DNA from: Cyanidioschyzon merolae
Lineage: Eukaryota
Assembly (NCBI GenBank): GCA_000091205.1
Contig: AP006485.2
Reading direction: 5' to 3' (one strand)
DNA: 64,000 nucleotides
Each line of letters opens with the position of its first letter. The first letter of the stretch is position 1. Both the position numbers and the translations under genes were made by a program. This document shows, piece by piece, positions 43,498 to 55,638 of this stretch. The notes beneath the pieces were generated by a model. It did not search any database and was not told where the DNA came from. It was given only the letters and a program-made list of their open reading frames with translations.

Positions 43498-45063
43498 CGT
43501 ATTGCGGTGAGCCGTTCTAGTGAGTCCACGAGCGATCATGTCTTCCAACCCGAGAATCATCTCTAGAGTCCGGATGGCTTTCTGGTGTGTGTCCTGGGTT
43601 CTCCAGTGGCACCGGAGAGCTCCCGTTCCGTCGAGGTGTCATCGTCTGGCGGTGATCACCAGCGCCCCTTGAACGTTTTCTCGCCATTAACCGACGCTCA
43701 CCAGCATGTGGCTGCATTATTCGAGCTCCATGTCATACGTGAACCATGAGGTTACCTGAAAGAGCGTCTTGAAATCAGCCAGAGCTTCGTTATCAAGAAA
43801 GAGGGATACATCGACATGACCTGATGGAATGTGACAAGGTCCCGTGGGTAAACTAGGGTTTTTTATAGTTACCGAATGGTATTTGCGCATCCAAAACGCC
43901 TGGATCAGTCGCATCAGTCCTGCTGTCTCAAAGAGAGAATCGTGCCCTCGTAAAGTGCATACCTTGCACAGCCGCTGACACATGCATCAAAAGTCGCCAA
44001 GTTCTAGTCTCTGACACCGTGGTCATTGCTCTGGAAACCCCGCTACGCCCCGTGTTCCTGAGTTCAAGTCGTTCCAATAGATGCTGAGGCAGCATTGCGG
44101 ACAAATCGCTTTACATGGCTATGCAGGTATGTTTATCCTGGTGTACCTTTTCCAAGAGGTGCTGAACGCGCATTTCCGAAAAATCCCTTTACACGACTCT
44201 CCAGTCATATTTATCCTGATCGTCGCCATGCATGATTGGAAGCACAGCACTCAGAGCCACATCGACATGGAAGGACGCGTAATGCTTCAGAGTAACAGCA
44301 ATGCGATGCGGGGGCATGAACCAGTGCTTTGAAAAACACCCAACCTTAACACCTCTCTCAGATGAGTTGTATTTCTCCATTCCAAGGATAACCGAGAGCT
44401 TTGGGTCGCGATATGATCCCCACACTGGTGCGAGGTAGCCATACCGTTCTCGCTCTGCGAAGAAACCGGTCGTTCATGGATACAGAAATAGTATCCAATG
44501 TGTTGAAACGTGTGTCGCATGATGTTCGTCATCGCACAGCGTCTTTGATGCTAAACTACACTGAAGCGAACAGAAGCGTTTAAAGACAAGTTCCAGGATA
44601 AATGAGCTCCACCAGTTGGGTAACTTGTATGCCGAGCCGACCCCATTCGAACGTGTCTCTCTCTGAGGATAGAGGCAGAGATCCGCTCCTTCGGACCTGA
44701 GTGACGTTCGATTCCGCTGGTAGAAGCGGCTCAGGCGGTACTGCGTTGGCCTTGGCGACACCGTCTCCACCTTTGAGTATACGTAGCGCTTTGCGGGGCG
44801 TCTTACAGTTTCGCGCTTCGCGAACAAGACTCCTTTCGGTTCCGTTTCGTGCTACTGGCGAGTGCTGCTGCGTTCGCTTCAGCTGGTGCAACAGCGCGTC
44901 GGCACGAGTTTCGGGAACGAAAATGCTACGCTTGGGTTTCCTGCTGGGGCCGTTCGCTCCTAGTCACCGAACCTGCCCCTTTTCGAACTTTCAACGAGTC
45001 TACAGGGCAACGAGCAACGCTGAACGTGTTTTTCTGTTTCGCACCGGGAGGGCAAGTCTATCC

Positions 45064-45342
45064 ATGAGTGGCTGGGCACGAGGCTCCGTCGTGGACGTGG
45101 TTGAACAGCGAATCAGAGACGCGCTTAAACCGCAGAGCATTCGCGTGGAACCGACCTACGGTGACCCGAACGGCACGCACGTGAGCATCCGGGTTGTTGG
45201 GGACTGTTTTCGAGGCAAGCGACCTGTAGCTCGGCACCAGCTGGTGTACCGTGCCATCTGGAAGGAGATGGACGCAGGTCTCATTCACGCTGTTGATTCT
45301 TTGGAGACGTTGACCCCGGAAGAGGAGGGAGAAGGCAAGTGA
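45064..45342 (+). CDS. BolA-like protein (ORF open from 44701; likely start ATG 45064)
   Basis: VVEQRIRDALKPQSIRVEPTYGDPNGTHVSIRVVGDCFRGKRPVARHQLVYRAIWKEM...IHAVDSLETLTPEE fits the BolA pattern (SGGH-like ...H..I.V.S..F, HRLVY, IHAL...T). Confidence 0.7.
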   Translation: MSGWARGSVVDVVEQRIRDALKPQSIRVEPTYGDPNGTHVSIRVVGDCFRGKRPVARHQLVYRAIWKEMDAGLIHAVDSLETLTPEEEGEGK

Positions 45343-46780
45343 TGAACGAGCGCATTATTGGAACCATGGTACAGCAAAAGAGATCCAGAAACAGGTAAAG
45401 TCTCGAGGACGGGCGTCACCATGACCTTTGTCCATGAATGGGTCGCTTCTTCCACGGAGAAAAGTGGGCGGCATTGGAGCATGCCCATCCATACGCCTTC
45501 TAAACAAACGATCACGTATTCAGGATGTGTCGGGTCACTCGCTCCCACAGAGCATAGTACAGCATTCGTCCGGACATGGAAGGCACAGGCGTTGGAAGAC
45601 GCCAATGCCTAAAGCGACCTAGTGCTGCCTGGTGGTACCCCTGACGACGCTGTGCGAGTCGGCGCTCTGGACCTGTTCGCGAACGCTCATGTTCGGCAGT
45701 GGCTGTCGTACCCTCTGTTGTCGCTGCATCTGAAGGTTTAGGTTCTAGAGATTTTGTTCTCGTGCTCTAGAGTCGCGCTCACGAACCGGGCACTGTGCAG
45801 CGACCATCTCAGCGGCAAGCCTTGCTCGTACGGCCAAGTCCTAGATTCCCTAGTCATCATGGCGCTCTTGCGATGGTTCATGGTAAAAACTGCAAGAATA
45901 TTTCGGCAATATTTCTCCGCGAAAGCTAGGTTTAAACTGTAAACATAAGCATGAACGGCATCTCACGCTGAACGCGGTTTCCTGACAACTTGACGACCAC
46001 CAGTGTCTGGCGAAGCGCAGCAAGCACATGCAAAGCGTCATCCATGGAAAGCACTGCTTTCCACGTCGGGTGACCAGAGCTAGGAGCGCCCCAAACATTA
46101 CTCCATGCGTCCTCGCAAATCACACACAAGCACTTGAACGTATTAGGTCAAGGGTCTTCTCTACATCATTTAGTTTCAAAGGACGATGTCATCCGTACAC
46201 CAGGACGCTTACTGGGTTTCCAGCTCACTATCTAGCTTGCGTACATCCGCAGATGACGTGAAACGTTCACAGTGCTCTGCGTCGACTACGGCGTTCACGC
46301 CCGTTCAGGGAGACTATCTGACCGCTCTGTGCAAGTGACGTCCGAACAAAAACGTGCCAGCTTGGTGTAAGAATTCTCTCAGACAAAGAGAATCGCACGG
46401 GTACCGATGTCGAGCGACAAACCCAGCGGTACCTGCGCTCACAGGAAACAATGCTCAGGTGCGTTTCTTTGGAAAAGCGCAGCGCGGTGGACCAGTGGGG
46501 AGCCAGTCCTCAGGAGTCTCGTTAGCGTCACCATCAGTAGTGAGAGCGCTTGCCATTGCTTGACAACGCACGCTTGGAGTCTGCATCGGGGACACACCGC
46601 CAGCCTTGCGTAATATGGCCGTTTTCATAGTGCTCCCCGGAAATCGTGTCAAGACGGCTACCATGGAACCATTTATCTCTGGTGATCACAGTACCTTGCT
46701 GCTTGCGCACTGCAGCCACACTGCGCACTCGATAATTGTATTTGCACACATACACATTGTATGCTAGTCTGTGCATATCG

Positions 46781-46811
<31 letters not shown>

Positions 46812-46906
46812 CCAAAGCCATCAAGTGGATCATGGAACAAGAGGGCAGCGCGAGCAACACTGGACGTCGAGCATTGCGAACCTGCCACGCGATCCATCCC
46901 GTGCGT

Positions 46907-46932
46907 TGCTGCTGCTGCTGCTGCTGCTGCTG
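46907..46932. repeat. (CTG)9 microsatellite; an (ATGT)7 run lies at about 46785-46811 and an AT/TG-rich compound tract at 46740-46812
   Basis: Directly visible tandem tri- and tetranucleotide runs. The ORFs across them are artefacts. Confidence 0.9.
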
Positions 46933-47000
46933 AGTTTCCCCTGGTATCGTTCAACGTTGTTTCAAGGTGTTTTGCCTAGTTCCCTGTCGACACTGACTGA

Positions 47001-47666
47001 TTGAGATGTCTCATGCCTCGTTCGCAGGCACGCGAGCTGCTACAACGCATCGGAGACTGGCTCCTGTCTCGGCGTCTGGTCGGCACGGACGAAGCCGGGA
47101 ATCGCTACTATGAAGCATACCGAGGTGCCGGTTTGCCGCTGCGACGCTACCGCGAGCGGCCTAGTCGCAGCAACTGGTTTTCGGCAGCTTCAGGTACAGA
47201 CTATGCTGGTGAGGGTGCAGACTCTGTGAACATCCTCTGGTGGCAATGGTTGATTGGTGCGCGCACGCAGCCGCCAAGCGCGGAGGAGTTGGTACACCTC
47301 GAGCGCCAGCAGGCACAGGTACGTGAACGAGTTGCAGCTCTGGCCGAGAAAGAACGTAGTGCTTTGGAAACAGAGCAGCTGAACGTGCTGAGTGTTCACG
47401 AGCGGGTGGCAGTGCTGTCGAAAAATTCGCGGAAGAGTTACGGGCGGGCGCAGGTCACCCCAGTGAGTGCAGAGGCGCTACTGGCGACGGGCACTGTTTA
47501 CCGTGAATGGACGAGTGCGTACGCGGAAAAGCCGGTTACGAGTGACGGCGGCGTGGACGGAGTTTCATCCCGGGAGCAAGCTAGTTCAGGTAAAACAAGC
47601 GTCGAGGCGACGTCGACGCAGGAACCTCCTATCTGGATCTCGAATCGTCGACGGCCTCGAACGTGA
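47001..47666 (+). CDS. NDUFA12 family protein (complex I subunit A12 / assembly factor NDUFAF2-like)
   Basis: LVGTDEAGNRYYEAYRGAG...RRY matches the NDUFA12 signature (G-x-D-x-x-G-N-x-Y-Y-E ... RRW). Confidence 0.65.
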   Translation: MRCLMPRSQARELLQRIGDWLLSRRLVGTDEAGNRYYEAYRGAGLPLRRYRERPSRSNWFSAASGTDYAGEGADSVNILWWQWLIGARTQPPSAEELVHLERQQAQVRERVAALAEKERSALETEQLNVLSVHERVAVLSKNSRKSYGRAQVTPVSAEALLATGTVYREWTSAYAEKPVTSDGGVDGVSSREQASSGKTSVEATSTQEPPIWISNRRRPRT

Positions 47667-48526
47667 AGTGCTCAGCGTGAAGCTATGAGGTAGTCGCAGG
47701 TGACCCAGGAGCGTGCCTTTTTCCCTGCACCATGGACACTGTGCAATATGGAAATAGTCGCTGGAGCGCGCCCTCGTTATGTTTTGCGGCCATGACGTGC
47801 TCGTCTACGCTACAATGCCGCTGGCAAGCCATGCTGGCGCGCTTGTCCCAGTCAGTCTACACGGGAGCGCTCCAGGGCGTCAAAGGTACCATGACCAAGG
47901 CCAATGGACATCAAACGGAAACGAGAATCCCCCGCCGAACCACGCATCGCTTGTCGGAAACCTGTGTAGCGAAAGGCCTCGGTGGTGGACACCTCCATAC
48001 AAAGCGCATGTTTCCAGAAGCCGCTGCGTAACAGCTCGGGTTTGTCGCGTGCTCTGCGTTCGGGAAAGCGATTGTATGATGCCCAGGGTACCTGTATTGG
48101 GAGGTGCATCGTCCTGCACACATCGCACAGGTCATATATTCGTACGCATCCCCGTTGCGTATGGTCAATGTGCGGAGCAATATGTAGAGCGAAAGCCATT
48201 GTCCAGAACAAATCCACAACCTGCATGAACGGAACAACATACACGTGCATCCCTTTACGAGGAATACGACGTGAATGCTGAATACATTGCGGATCGAGCT
48301 CGTGGAGCGACCGTCTCGCAACGCTCCTGCGATACTTTAAGGTACGCAAGGAATCGCCTGTGGACGTGACCTAGGCATGCGAGAAACGGTCTTGCGCAAG
48401 CGGCCTCAGTCAGCCTGCTTTCGCGTTATCGGAAACCTCTCTGATTCGCATGTCGCGTTTCGATCATTTGTACATGGTAAACAAAAACAGTGCTTGCGGA
48501 AAGCACTCCATACCTTGCGTTCGAGT

Positions 48527-51100
48527 TCATTGTTTCTGTGCCATTGGCGTTGCACCTGGTGCCGCGGGGCTCCCCGGAGAGGCGCGCTTGCTCCGGTCTG
48601 GTTTGTTTCTCCATGCCAGGTTCTTCGGTTCTACGTACGTACCAGCTTCAAAATCGTACTCCAAATCCGTCTCGGCCTCTGAGTCGCTGTCACATGCAGG
48701 TTCTGCTGGCGGGACACCTGTCGTTGGCTGACTGGATGTTTCAGGACGAGGCTGCTGGGAGCTGTCGGACTCGGAGGATGAAGAGGTTGCCCCAGGCACT
48801 AACGGTGGTTCGGTTCCTTGCAGTTGGTCCGGATCCTGAACACGAAGCTGCCCATGTGGAGCTCGAGTGTTCCCCTCAGAATCGGCACGAGTTTCGTCCT
48901 GTTCCCGTGTCTGCACCGAAGCATTTCCGTGTTCAGCGTGTGCGGATGCGTCTCGTCTGACGTCTCGCTCTGGTAATGTTTCTGAGAAGGAGGAGGAGGA
49001 GGAGGAGGCCATCGTTGCCTCGGCCGCCCCTGTGCGCAACTGCAGTGTCTCCGTTTCTGGCAGCGCATGCGGCGAACCTGGGGGCGTCGCGTTCGTGACT
49101 GCCTGCTCCGTGCACCACGAGGACGGTCTGGGGCTAGTCGCGGAGCGTGCCTCGTCTACTTTGGAGGTACCGGTCACGTTCGCTGCACGCTGCTGACCAG
49201 AAGCAGCGACGGACGCAGATTTGGTTATCGCTCCACCGGTGAAGACGACTGCATCGGCATACGCAGACTCGTCAATGTCGCGGTACTGGATGAGATGGGG
49301 ATTCCGTTTGCGGCTCGCGAGCAGTTCCGGCGGGATCGAGTAGTGCCACTTCTTGTCCTGGCCACGTATGAGCAGCGGTTGGCGGTGCTCGTTATCCACA
49401 AACACATCTGTCTCATCCAAAACCTCCTCTTTGATCATCTCTTCAACGATATCTTCCAAGGTGACAATGCCCAGAAATCGCCTGGTGCCGTGATCCGCTG
49501 GAGGTTCCAGACTCTCCACCACAATCGCCATGTGAGATCGCCCAACCTGAAACTCGTTCAAAAGATCCAGCAAATTGCACTGCTTGGATACGTATACGGG
49601 GCTCACAACCTTTTTCTTGTGGCTGCGTTTTTTTCGACGAATAATCGCTCGAATAGGCAGTGCTTTGTTCGGATCGACGAGAAGCAACTGTTTCACCAAC
49701 AGGATAGCAATGATGTTATCGCGACAGCCGTCATAGATGGGGATTCGTGAATGACCCAGCCGCAGGATGCGTTTCAGTAATCGACGATCGAGACAATCAT
49801 CAACCGAGAGACAGAACACGTCATCGGCCTTGGTCATGATCTGAAACACAGTCTTCGATGATAATTCTAGAATACCGACCAGCATGGATGCCTCATCGGC
49901 GGAAAGCACGCTAAATCCAGAAGGGCGTCCTCCGTCTGAGGCAACAGCCGGTGCTCGCTCGGTACCAGTAGACGCAGCACGCTCCCAGCTGGTACCGAAC
50001 GACTTGTCGGCAACGGCATTTGAACCCACGTTCGGACTGTCTCTTCGAACTGCCTGTGTCGAAGACGCTCTGGGCATCGTCGATGACGTTGACGCGTAGC
50101 CAGGCGAAGGCTCCTGGATCCGCAGCTCGGTGCGTTCAGCTCCAGCTGCAACGACAGGAGCCCACTCCAGGTCCGGAGCATCCGGAGATGCCACTGTGCC
50201 TGAACCTGCTGCTGCTGCTGCTCCTGGTGCTGGTGTTGCGGCTCTGGTGACGCCCGCTGGTCCGTGCATCTGGATCAGAGCCTTGAGTCGATCGCGATCG
50301 TAACCCGTACGCAGCTCCTTGCCCAGCATTTTGTCAAGCATCCAAGCAGCTGGGGCAGCCACTGGCCAAAAAATCGTCATCAGGGTTCTTGTGAAGCCAG
50401 CGGTGGCAGCGCCCACCTTCAGTCCATATCGACTGCAGACTGCCTGTGGCAGGACTTCTCCGAAAACAACCACGCTCACTACAGAGAGCACCAGGGCGGC
50501 GTATCCGCCAGGAAATAGGGTATCGAGCACGAGAGGCAGTAGCTCATTCGCAAGCGTGTTGGTCAGCAGCAACGTTACCAACAGTTGGTTTCCCTTCGCC
50601 CGCAACGGGGCAATAGCCCGAGCTGCGGATTTTTCCTCCGGATTCGCCCCAGAAACCGCCAGGAGTTCCAATTGAAACAAGTCAAGAGACATGAGGCCCA
50701 GAGTAAGGCCCGCCATGAGTGCACCCAGCAAGATGCAACTCAGCGCCAAAACGAATAGAAGCGGACGCGGAACCGCCTCCAACCATGAAGCCGCTTGCGC
50801 TAACTCATCATCCGGCGTGCGCTGAAGCTTGGACGCCCAGCACACCCACAACAGGTACTTAGCCCCGCTGCAGGTAAGCAGCGGTAGTGGCATGCTGGCA
50901 AGGCGCGCGTCCAGCACCGTTCCCCGGTAACGACTTCGTCTCTGGACAAGGGTCACCGCCAAAGTGACCGCTTGCCCCGTTCCACGGTGTATGGGAACGT
51001 TCCACTCAATTGGAGTGCTCTGGAAGCTGCCTCCAGCCGCAGCTGAGTAGACGCGGGTACCAACGTGCTCTCCCTGCGGACCTGTGGTCGCTCTCAGCAC
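48527..51100 (-). CDS. CNNM/Mam3-type metal transporter (DUF21 transmembrane domain plus CBS pair) with a long Ser/Thr-rich C-terminal tail
   Basis: DUF21 block LTLGLMSLDLFQLELL...GNQLLVTLLLTNTLANE...FGEVLPQAVCSRYGL followed by CBS-pair sequence (VFQIMTKADDVFCLSVDD..., GHSRIPIYDG...). Confidence 0.8.
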   Translation of the reverse strand: MLRATTGPQGEHVGTRVYSAAAGGSFQSTPIEWNVPIHRGTGQAVTLAVTLVQRRSRYRGTVLDARLASMPLPLLTCSGAKYLLWVCWASKLQRTPDDELAQAASWLEAVPRPLLFVLALSCILLGALMAGLTLGLMSLDLFQLELLAVSGANPEEKSAARAIAPLRAKGNQLLVTLLLTNTLANELLPLVLDTLFPGGYAALVLSVVSVVVFGEVLPQAVCSRYGLKVGAATAGFTRTLMTIFWPVAAPAAWMLDKMLGKELRTGYDRDRLKALIQMHGPAGVTRAATPAPGAAAAAGSGTVASPDAPDLEWAPVVAAGAERTELRIQEPSPGYASTSSTMPRASSTQAVRRDSPNVGSNAVADKSFGTSWERAASTGTERAPAVASDGGRPSGFSVLSADEASMLVGILELSSKTVFQIMTKADDVFCLSVDDCLDRRLLKRILRLGHSRIPIYDGCRDNIIAILLVKQLLLVDPNKALPIRAIIRRKKRSHKKKVVSPVYVSKQCNLLDLLNEFQVGRSHMAIVVESLEPPADHGTRRFLGIVTLEDIVEEMIKEEVLDETDVFVDNEHRQPLLIRGQDKKWHYSIPPELLASRKRNPHLIQYRDIDESAYADAVVFTGGAITKSASVAASGQQRAANVTGTSKVDEARSATSPRPSSWCTEQAVTNATPPGSPHALPETETLQLRTGAAEATMASSSSSSFSETLPERDVRRDASAHAEHGNASVQTREQDETRADSEGNTRAPHGQLRVQDPDQLQGTEPPLVPGATSSSSESDSSQQPRPETSSQPTTGVPPAEPACDSDSEAETDLEYDFEAGTYVEPKNLAWRNKPDRSKRASPGSPAAPGATPMAQKQ

Positions 51101-51130
51101 TTCTACAGCAAACAGGGCGCTGGCGCTTGT

Positions 51131-51160
51131 GGCTGCTGCTGCTGCTGCTGCTGCTGCTGC
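51131..51160. repeat. (GCT)10 microsatellite just upstream of the CNNM ORF
   Basis: ggctgctgctgctgctgctgctgctgctgc. Confidence 0.9.
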
Positions 51161-51306
51161 GCATCCCGACTAGTCGCGGGACCTGTACGGGTGTCGATGG
51201 TATTTCAGGCATCCTACGCACCGGAATGTGTCGTTTTCAACATGGACGCACACGCTATATTTTGGATGTCTTCTCACTGTTTTGGACATGAGCCGTTGTG
51301 GCCTCT

Positions 51307-51717
51307 TTACGACAGTGTCCTTTTCCTATCTCTCATCTGAGGCTCGGCATTCGCCAGTTTATCGCATCCCTCTACCGCTATCTTCAACAGTCGCTGGATA
51401 TTGATGGCTGCGTTAAAGTCTCGATTTCGCTGCTTGGGGCATTTCTCGAAACCTATGATGTCGAGATGGTCGTTGCGATCAACGCTTCGCGTGACATGCT
51501 CATCTTGTTTGCATACGGTATCAGAGAACGCTGAGCGACCGTGACTCAGATGTCTAGCGGGGTCTTGCTTTACGACCAGCAGGTATGCTTCTCCGAGAAT
51601 CGCATTGTGGTACGTGAACGCCTGCTTCATGATTCGTTCCTTGCTCTTGACGGGCACAGGAGGTTCCATTCGTTTTCTATTTTCGTTTCCGTTTCTGGTG
51701 CCGTACCCTAGGGTCAT
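51307..51717 (-). pseudogene. TnpB/Fanzor-like C-terminal relic, copy 3 (zinc finger plus RuvC-III)
   Basis: ...TVCKQDEHVTRSVDRNDHLDIIGFEKCPKQRNRDFNAAINIQRLL... The nucleotide block gcgttaaagtctcg is shared with copy 1. It lies in an AT-rich island between divergent genes. Confidence 0.55.
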
Positions 51718-52928
51718 TTTTTGTCTAGGCGATCCCGTTTACGAGAACTCTGTTTGGTATGCACGCAAGCGGGCGTTACTCCACTCGTTTGAGGATTCTT
51801 GGAACGAGATGCTGTCCGTGATGAAACAAGTTCTGGAACTACGATCCAGAACGGAGATCAAGTTGTGAATTTTCCATTCCTCTACGCTTTCTTCGTCGAA
51901 AGCGGTAACGCATTCACCACTGGAAGCGATCGCTGCGACGGCTGATTTCCGAATGCAACAGCCTTTGCCATGCAAACAGAAGAGACGTGAGCTTCTGCGG
52001 ACATATCTCGTGAGAGCCCTCATGCCGGTGACCAGGTTGGATTCGCAGGCGGCCACAATGGGCGTTGGATTCGCCTTTCAAACGGAAACGATCGTTTCGT
52101 TGTGACTGGTGCAGAGAGGCCTCGGCATGAGCTTACGATCAAGTCACCAACGGCTGACGTCGACTATTTTTCGTCATCCATCCATCCATCCAGCCGTGCG
52201 AATCGCTGCGACCACGAGTCGCCTTGGAACACACAAGATCGAGGCATTGAAAAAGGCATGATTTGAGCGTGCTCCATATAAGGGATGGGGAAGTATGGCT
52301 GCTTGTACGCATGAATTGGATAATGACAGGGGCTTTTTTACGAACGCTTCTTCGACGGCGTGGCGAATGCTCTGGATTTCAGTGACTCGACGATTCCCAG
52401 CCACGGAGCGTTGAAGTGGCCACTCAGAAAAGATGACCAAGAATCCTGTAAAAACTCGCGAATATCCGAGCCTTTGTTGCTGCACTTTGAATATCGAGGC
52501 TGGGAATCTATAATAAACTCCGGAGAATCCAAAGACGGGAACAGCGTAACCAGTGCCGTCTTCGATTTCCATCGAGATCGATGAGACTTTTTTTTCTGTC
52601 CGATAGGCCCAAACTAGCGTCGCTGGAATCTGCGGGCTGTCTGAACAACCAGCGATGAATCCCCTCTGATGACGGATACCATTCGGATCCAAGCGTGACT
52701 TTGTGGATCAAATACTATCAGTCATAGATAAATCTTGTCCAGCGGCTGGATAACCACGGGCTGCGTTCTGGCCGACGTGCGCCAGTTTCGGCTGTTCAGG
52801 TCGTTTCGTACACAGCGCTGGTGCGCGCTCTCGTCAGCTGGAACAACTGACTGAGCCCGTCATTCGTGTGGCGGTAGCGCTGGACGCGTGGAGGTTAGAT
52901 CACAGCGCTTGATGCTCCAACACAGACA

Positions 52929-53306
52929 ATGGGACAACTTGGTGTCGCATTGCGTACGCTCCGTTCCAACGTGAACCTCTTCCGGGCTATAGCCAAGTGC
53001 CAGGTGGCTTTCGATCCCTACGATTATCGTTCCGTGAGCGCACGCGAGTTCTTGCGGCGTGTGAATAGTCCGCGCGTTCGACGAGCGAACCCGCGTCTCG
53101 TGGTTGAGGCTACTGTTCGAGACGGCGGTGGCTCTGGAGGCGCCGAGCTCGTCATCAGCTTCCTTGACGGGAGAACGCTGACGCTTCAGCCGCTGGATGT
53201 GGATGTGAAAACGATTGAACGTGAGATTGCGCTGAATATTCCTGTTCTAACTATTTACAAGCTATTTGAAGAGGAGACCTCGGGGTCAGCGGGCTTCAAG
53301 GGATAG
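52929..53306 (+). CDS. Mitochondrial ribosomal protein mL53 (MRPL53/MRP-L44 family)
   Basis: VAFDPYDYRSVSAREFLRRVNSPRVRRANPRLVVEATVRDGGG...LVISFLDGRTLTL parallels human MRPL53 [57 protein letters not shown]. Confidence 0.55.
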   Translation: MGQLGVALRTLRSNVNLFRAIAKCQVAFDPYDYRSVSAREFLRRVNSPRVRRANPRLVVEATVRDGGGSGGAELVISFLDGRTLTLQPLDVDVKTIEREIALNIPVLTIYKLFEEETSGSAGFKG

Positions 53307-54339
53307 TGGAGCGAGTACGCTGCTTCGTGGGCGAACTTGTTTGGGCGCGCCGCGCGATTGTCGCGTGATCACAAGGGACTGCATACGTTACTGTGCGTTT
53401 CGTGGCCAGTGACGAGCGGTTACGCATTGGGCAGAGTTCCGCTATCCGTCAGCGTGCCAGCCAAACAGGCAGCTAACATGGAAGTCAGCCTGCTTGTTCG
53501 ATTGTCAGCGGTCCGGGTAGCACGCAACCACCCCGGCGTTGTGCACCGTGGCCCACGGCATCGTTCGCAGAGCCGAACGTGACGCCCAAAGCACCATGAG
53601 CCGCATTTTGTCAGCACATGCCAAATAGCTCGCAGACCTGCGTGCAGTTCGTCGGATATGCATAGACGAAAACCCGTGGACAATGCGCCAGGTGGCAAGT
53701 TTCTCCTTTGCATAGGTGCGCAGTGCCATACAAACGCTGGCGTCTATGACGACACGCTATACGCACTTGCTCCATTGGAAACCTATTTCGATACATAAAA
53801 CAGCGAGGGCGCTTTTGTGCCGAACGCTGCGGCTCTGGTGGCGTTACCTGAGTCTATGCGGCGGTGTCGTCGGCTGCAACACTTTTGGAGCGCGCACTGC
53901 TCCGCCCGTGCAACACAGAGTTTTCTGTGCCATTTACGCTATAGCTGCGCAATCGCGTCTGACTGCTGCCTAGTAATCGTTATAGGAACTGAACACGTCT
54001 TCACGCGGGCAAGCACTGTAGCTGCAACGCAACTGACCAGCAGCGAACTCTTGTGCATGTATTCGCAATCAAAATGGACAGTGTCCGTTTCTCGAAACGA
54101 ATGCGATGATGTTTCCGCGCACTCGCAAAAAGAAAACATACCGCACTTTGCACGTGTTACCATGGCTCTCGTGCGCGGACTCTAGACTAGTGCACCAGCG
54201 TTGCATTGATCCAGAGTATACGCTCAAGATGCGTCCCATGGTACGCGATGATTTATCAGCCTGCTGACGCCTACGGCCAAGGCGACGATAACCACCTGGG
54301 ATACGCGCTCACGGACTGGATTCTGTATAAAATACGACA

Positions 54340-55638
54340 ATGATAGTCAGTGCATTCTCGTATATGAAGAAACGGACAGAAGCCGTTCCAGCGATGCACT
54401 GCGCGTGTTCGATGCGGGCCACATCGCCAGCCAAATCCGCGGTGATAGCGTCTCTCCACAGCGCGTCATGCGGTGCGGATACGGCTGCTCGCTTCGACGA
54501 AGGCAGTTCACTGTGCAAACTCCGGTTGAACGAGTATCCAGAGGTTGTCATGGCAAGTCGTCTGACTGATATTGCCGTATTTGGGGGAGGCGGCTTCATC
54601 GGAAGGCACCTGCTGCGAGCGCTCTTGCGACTCGCACCAGAGACCTCACCAGAAGCGCTTCGGATTCGCGTTATCTGTAGGAATGCTGTCAAGGTGCGCG
54701 TCCAACTGGCAGTTGACTCGGATCAGCGTCTACAGCAGGCGGTAAGATCGTCCCAAATAACGTTTGTTACCGCTGATGTTACACAGGAGGAGCAGGTTCT
54801 GCAGGCACTGCGCCCGCTGCCGCAGAGCGTTGCGAACCTGGTGGGTCTGCTGTACGAGACCCCGCCAGAGCGAACGTTTGAAAAAGTGCACGTCAAAGCC
54901 GCTGAGAATATTTCAAAGGCTTTTAAACTGAACGAGCAGGCTGAACATACGGCAAGCAGTGAACTAGAGCGACCGATCATGACGCAAGTCTCGGCGATAG
55001 GTGCGGATTTCACGGCTGTTCATTCCGCGTACGCACGTTCAAAAGGACTCGCAGAGCAGGCTTTGCTGAGCCATCTTGGAAAACAGGTCTTGATTATCAG
55101 GCCTTCGATTGTGTTCGGTCCAGGTGATCAATTCTTCACGCGCTTTCGGGACATGGCACGCTTTTCTCCCGCATTGCCGCTGATCGGAACCGGAGACACC
55201 CGTTTTCAGCCGGTCTATGTGGAGGACCTGGCGCTGGCTCTAGCTCGCAGTATCCTTCCCGCGGAGCGAAAGAAATATGTGGCCATGGAATCTAGCGCGG
55301 AATCTTCAATGGATTCCGAACACGAACAGATTTTTGAACTCGGTGGACGAGATATTCTGACGTTTCGGGAGCTTATGGCTCGGATGCTCTCTGTGATGCA
55401 AATGCGCCGTTTGCTGGTTCCGATTCCTTTGAGCGTCGCCAACATTCAGGCACAAGCATCGGAGCTGCTGCACCGGATGGTACCCAGTATACCACCCATG
55501 CTGACTCGCGATCAGATCGCGCTATTACAGCGGGACAATGTCGTCCATACGGGTTATCGAACGTTTCGTGACCTCGGCATCGATCAGCCCAGAGGAGTCG
55601 ACGCTGAAACCCTCACATATCTTGCTGAACGCCGGTGA
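54340..55638 (+). CDS. NAD(P)-binding Rossmann protein, NDUFA9 (complex I 39-kDa subunit)-like / NmrA-type; start may be ATG 54550
   Basis: IAVFGGGGFIGRHLLRAL (GxxGxxG) and RPSIVFGPGDQFFTRF, compare NDUFA9 RPSDIFGREDRFLNSF. The ~70 aa upstream of 54550 could be a targeting peptide or spurious. Confidence 0.65.
   Translation: MIVSAFSYMKKRTEAVPAMHCACSMRATSPAKSAVIASLHSASCGADTAARFDEGSSLCKLRLNEYPEVVMASRLTDIAVFGGGGFIGRHLLRALLRLAPETSPEALRIRVICRNAVKVRVQLAVDSDQRLQQAVRSSQITFVTADVTQEEQVLQALRPLPQSVANLVGLLYETPPERTFEKVHVKAAENISKAFKLNEQAEHTASSELERPIMTQVSAIGADFTAVHSAYARSKGLAEQALLSHLGKQVLIIRPSIVFGPGDQFFTRFRDMARFSPALPLIGTGDTRFQPVYVEDLALALARSILPAERKKYVAMESSAESSMDSEHEQIFELGGRDILTFRELMARMLSVMQMRRLLVPIPLSVANIQAQASELLHRMVPSIPPMLTRDQIALLQRDNVVHTGYRTFRDLGIDQPRGVDAETLTYLAERR

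Noticed and set aside
43263-43560. ORFs with repeated peptides (…PAKHMRRFCFSYLFPKSGLFANADTSSACETYAKVLLLLSVSEIRSF…)
   Set aside because: They are translations of the 82-bp minisatellite, and the periodic peptide is an artefact of the tandem DNA repeat.
47852-48349. 165-aa minus-strand ORF with a single CxxC (YDLCDVCRTMH)
   Set aside because: It looked vaguely Yippee/zinc-ribbon-like but has only one Cys pair and overlaps an equally long plus-strand ORF. Insufficient evidence.
52174-52692. 172-aa minus-strand ORF (and the overlapping plus ORF 52360-52584) in the AT-rich patch next to Fanzor relic copy 3
   Set aside because: No recognisable domain (longin/roadblock ideas did not hold), and it lies in a probable transposon graveyard. 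It could be real, but unsupported, so it is not listed as a feature.
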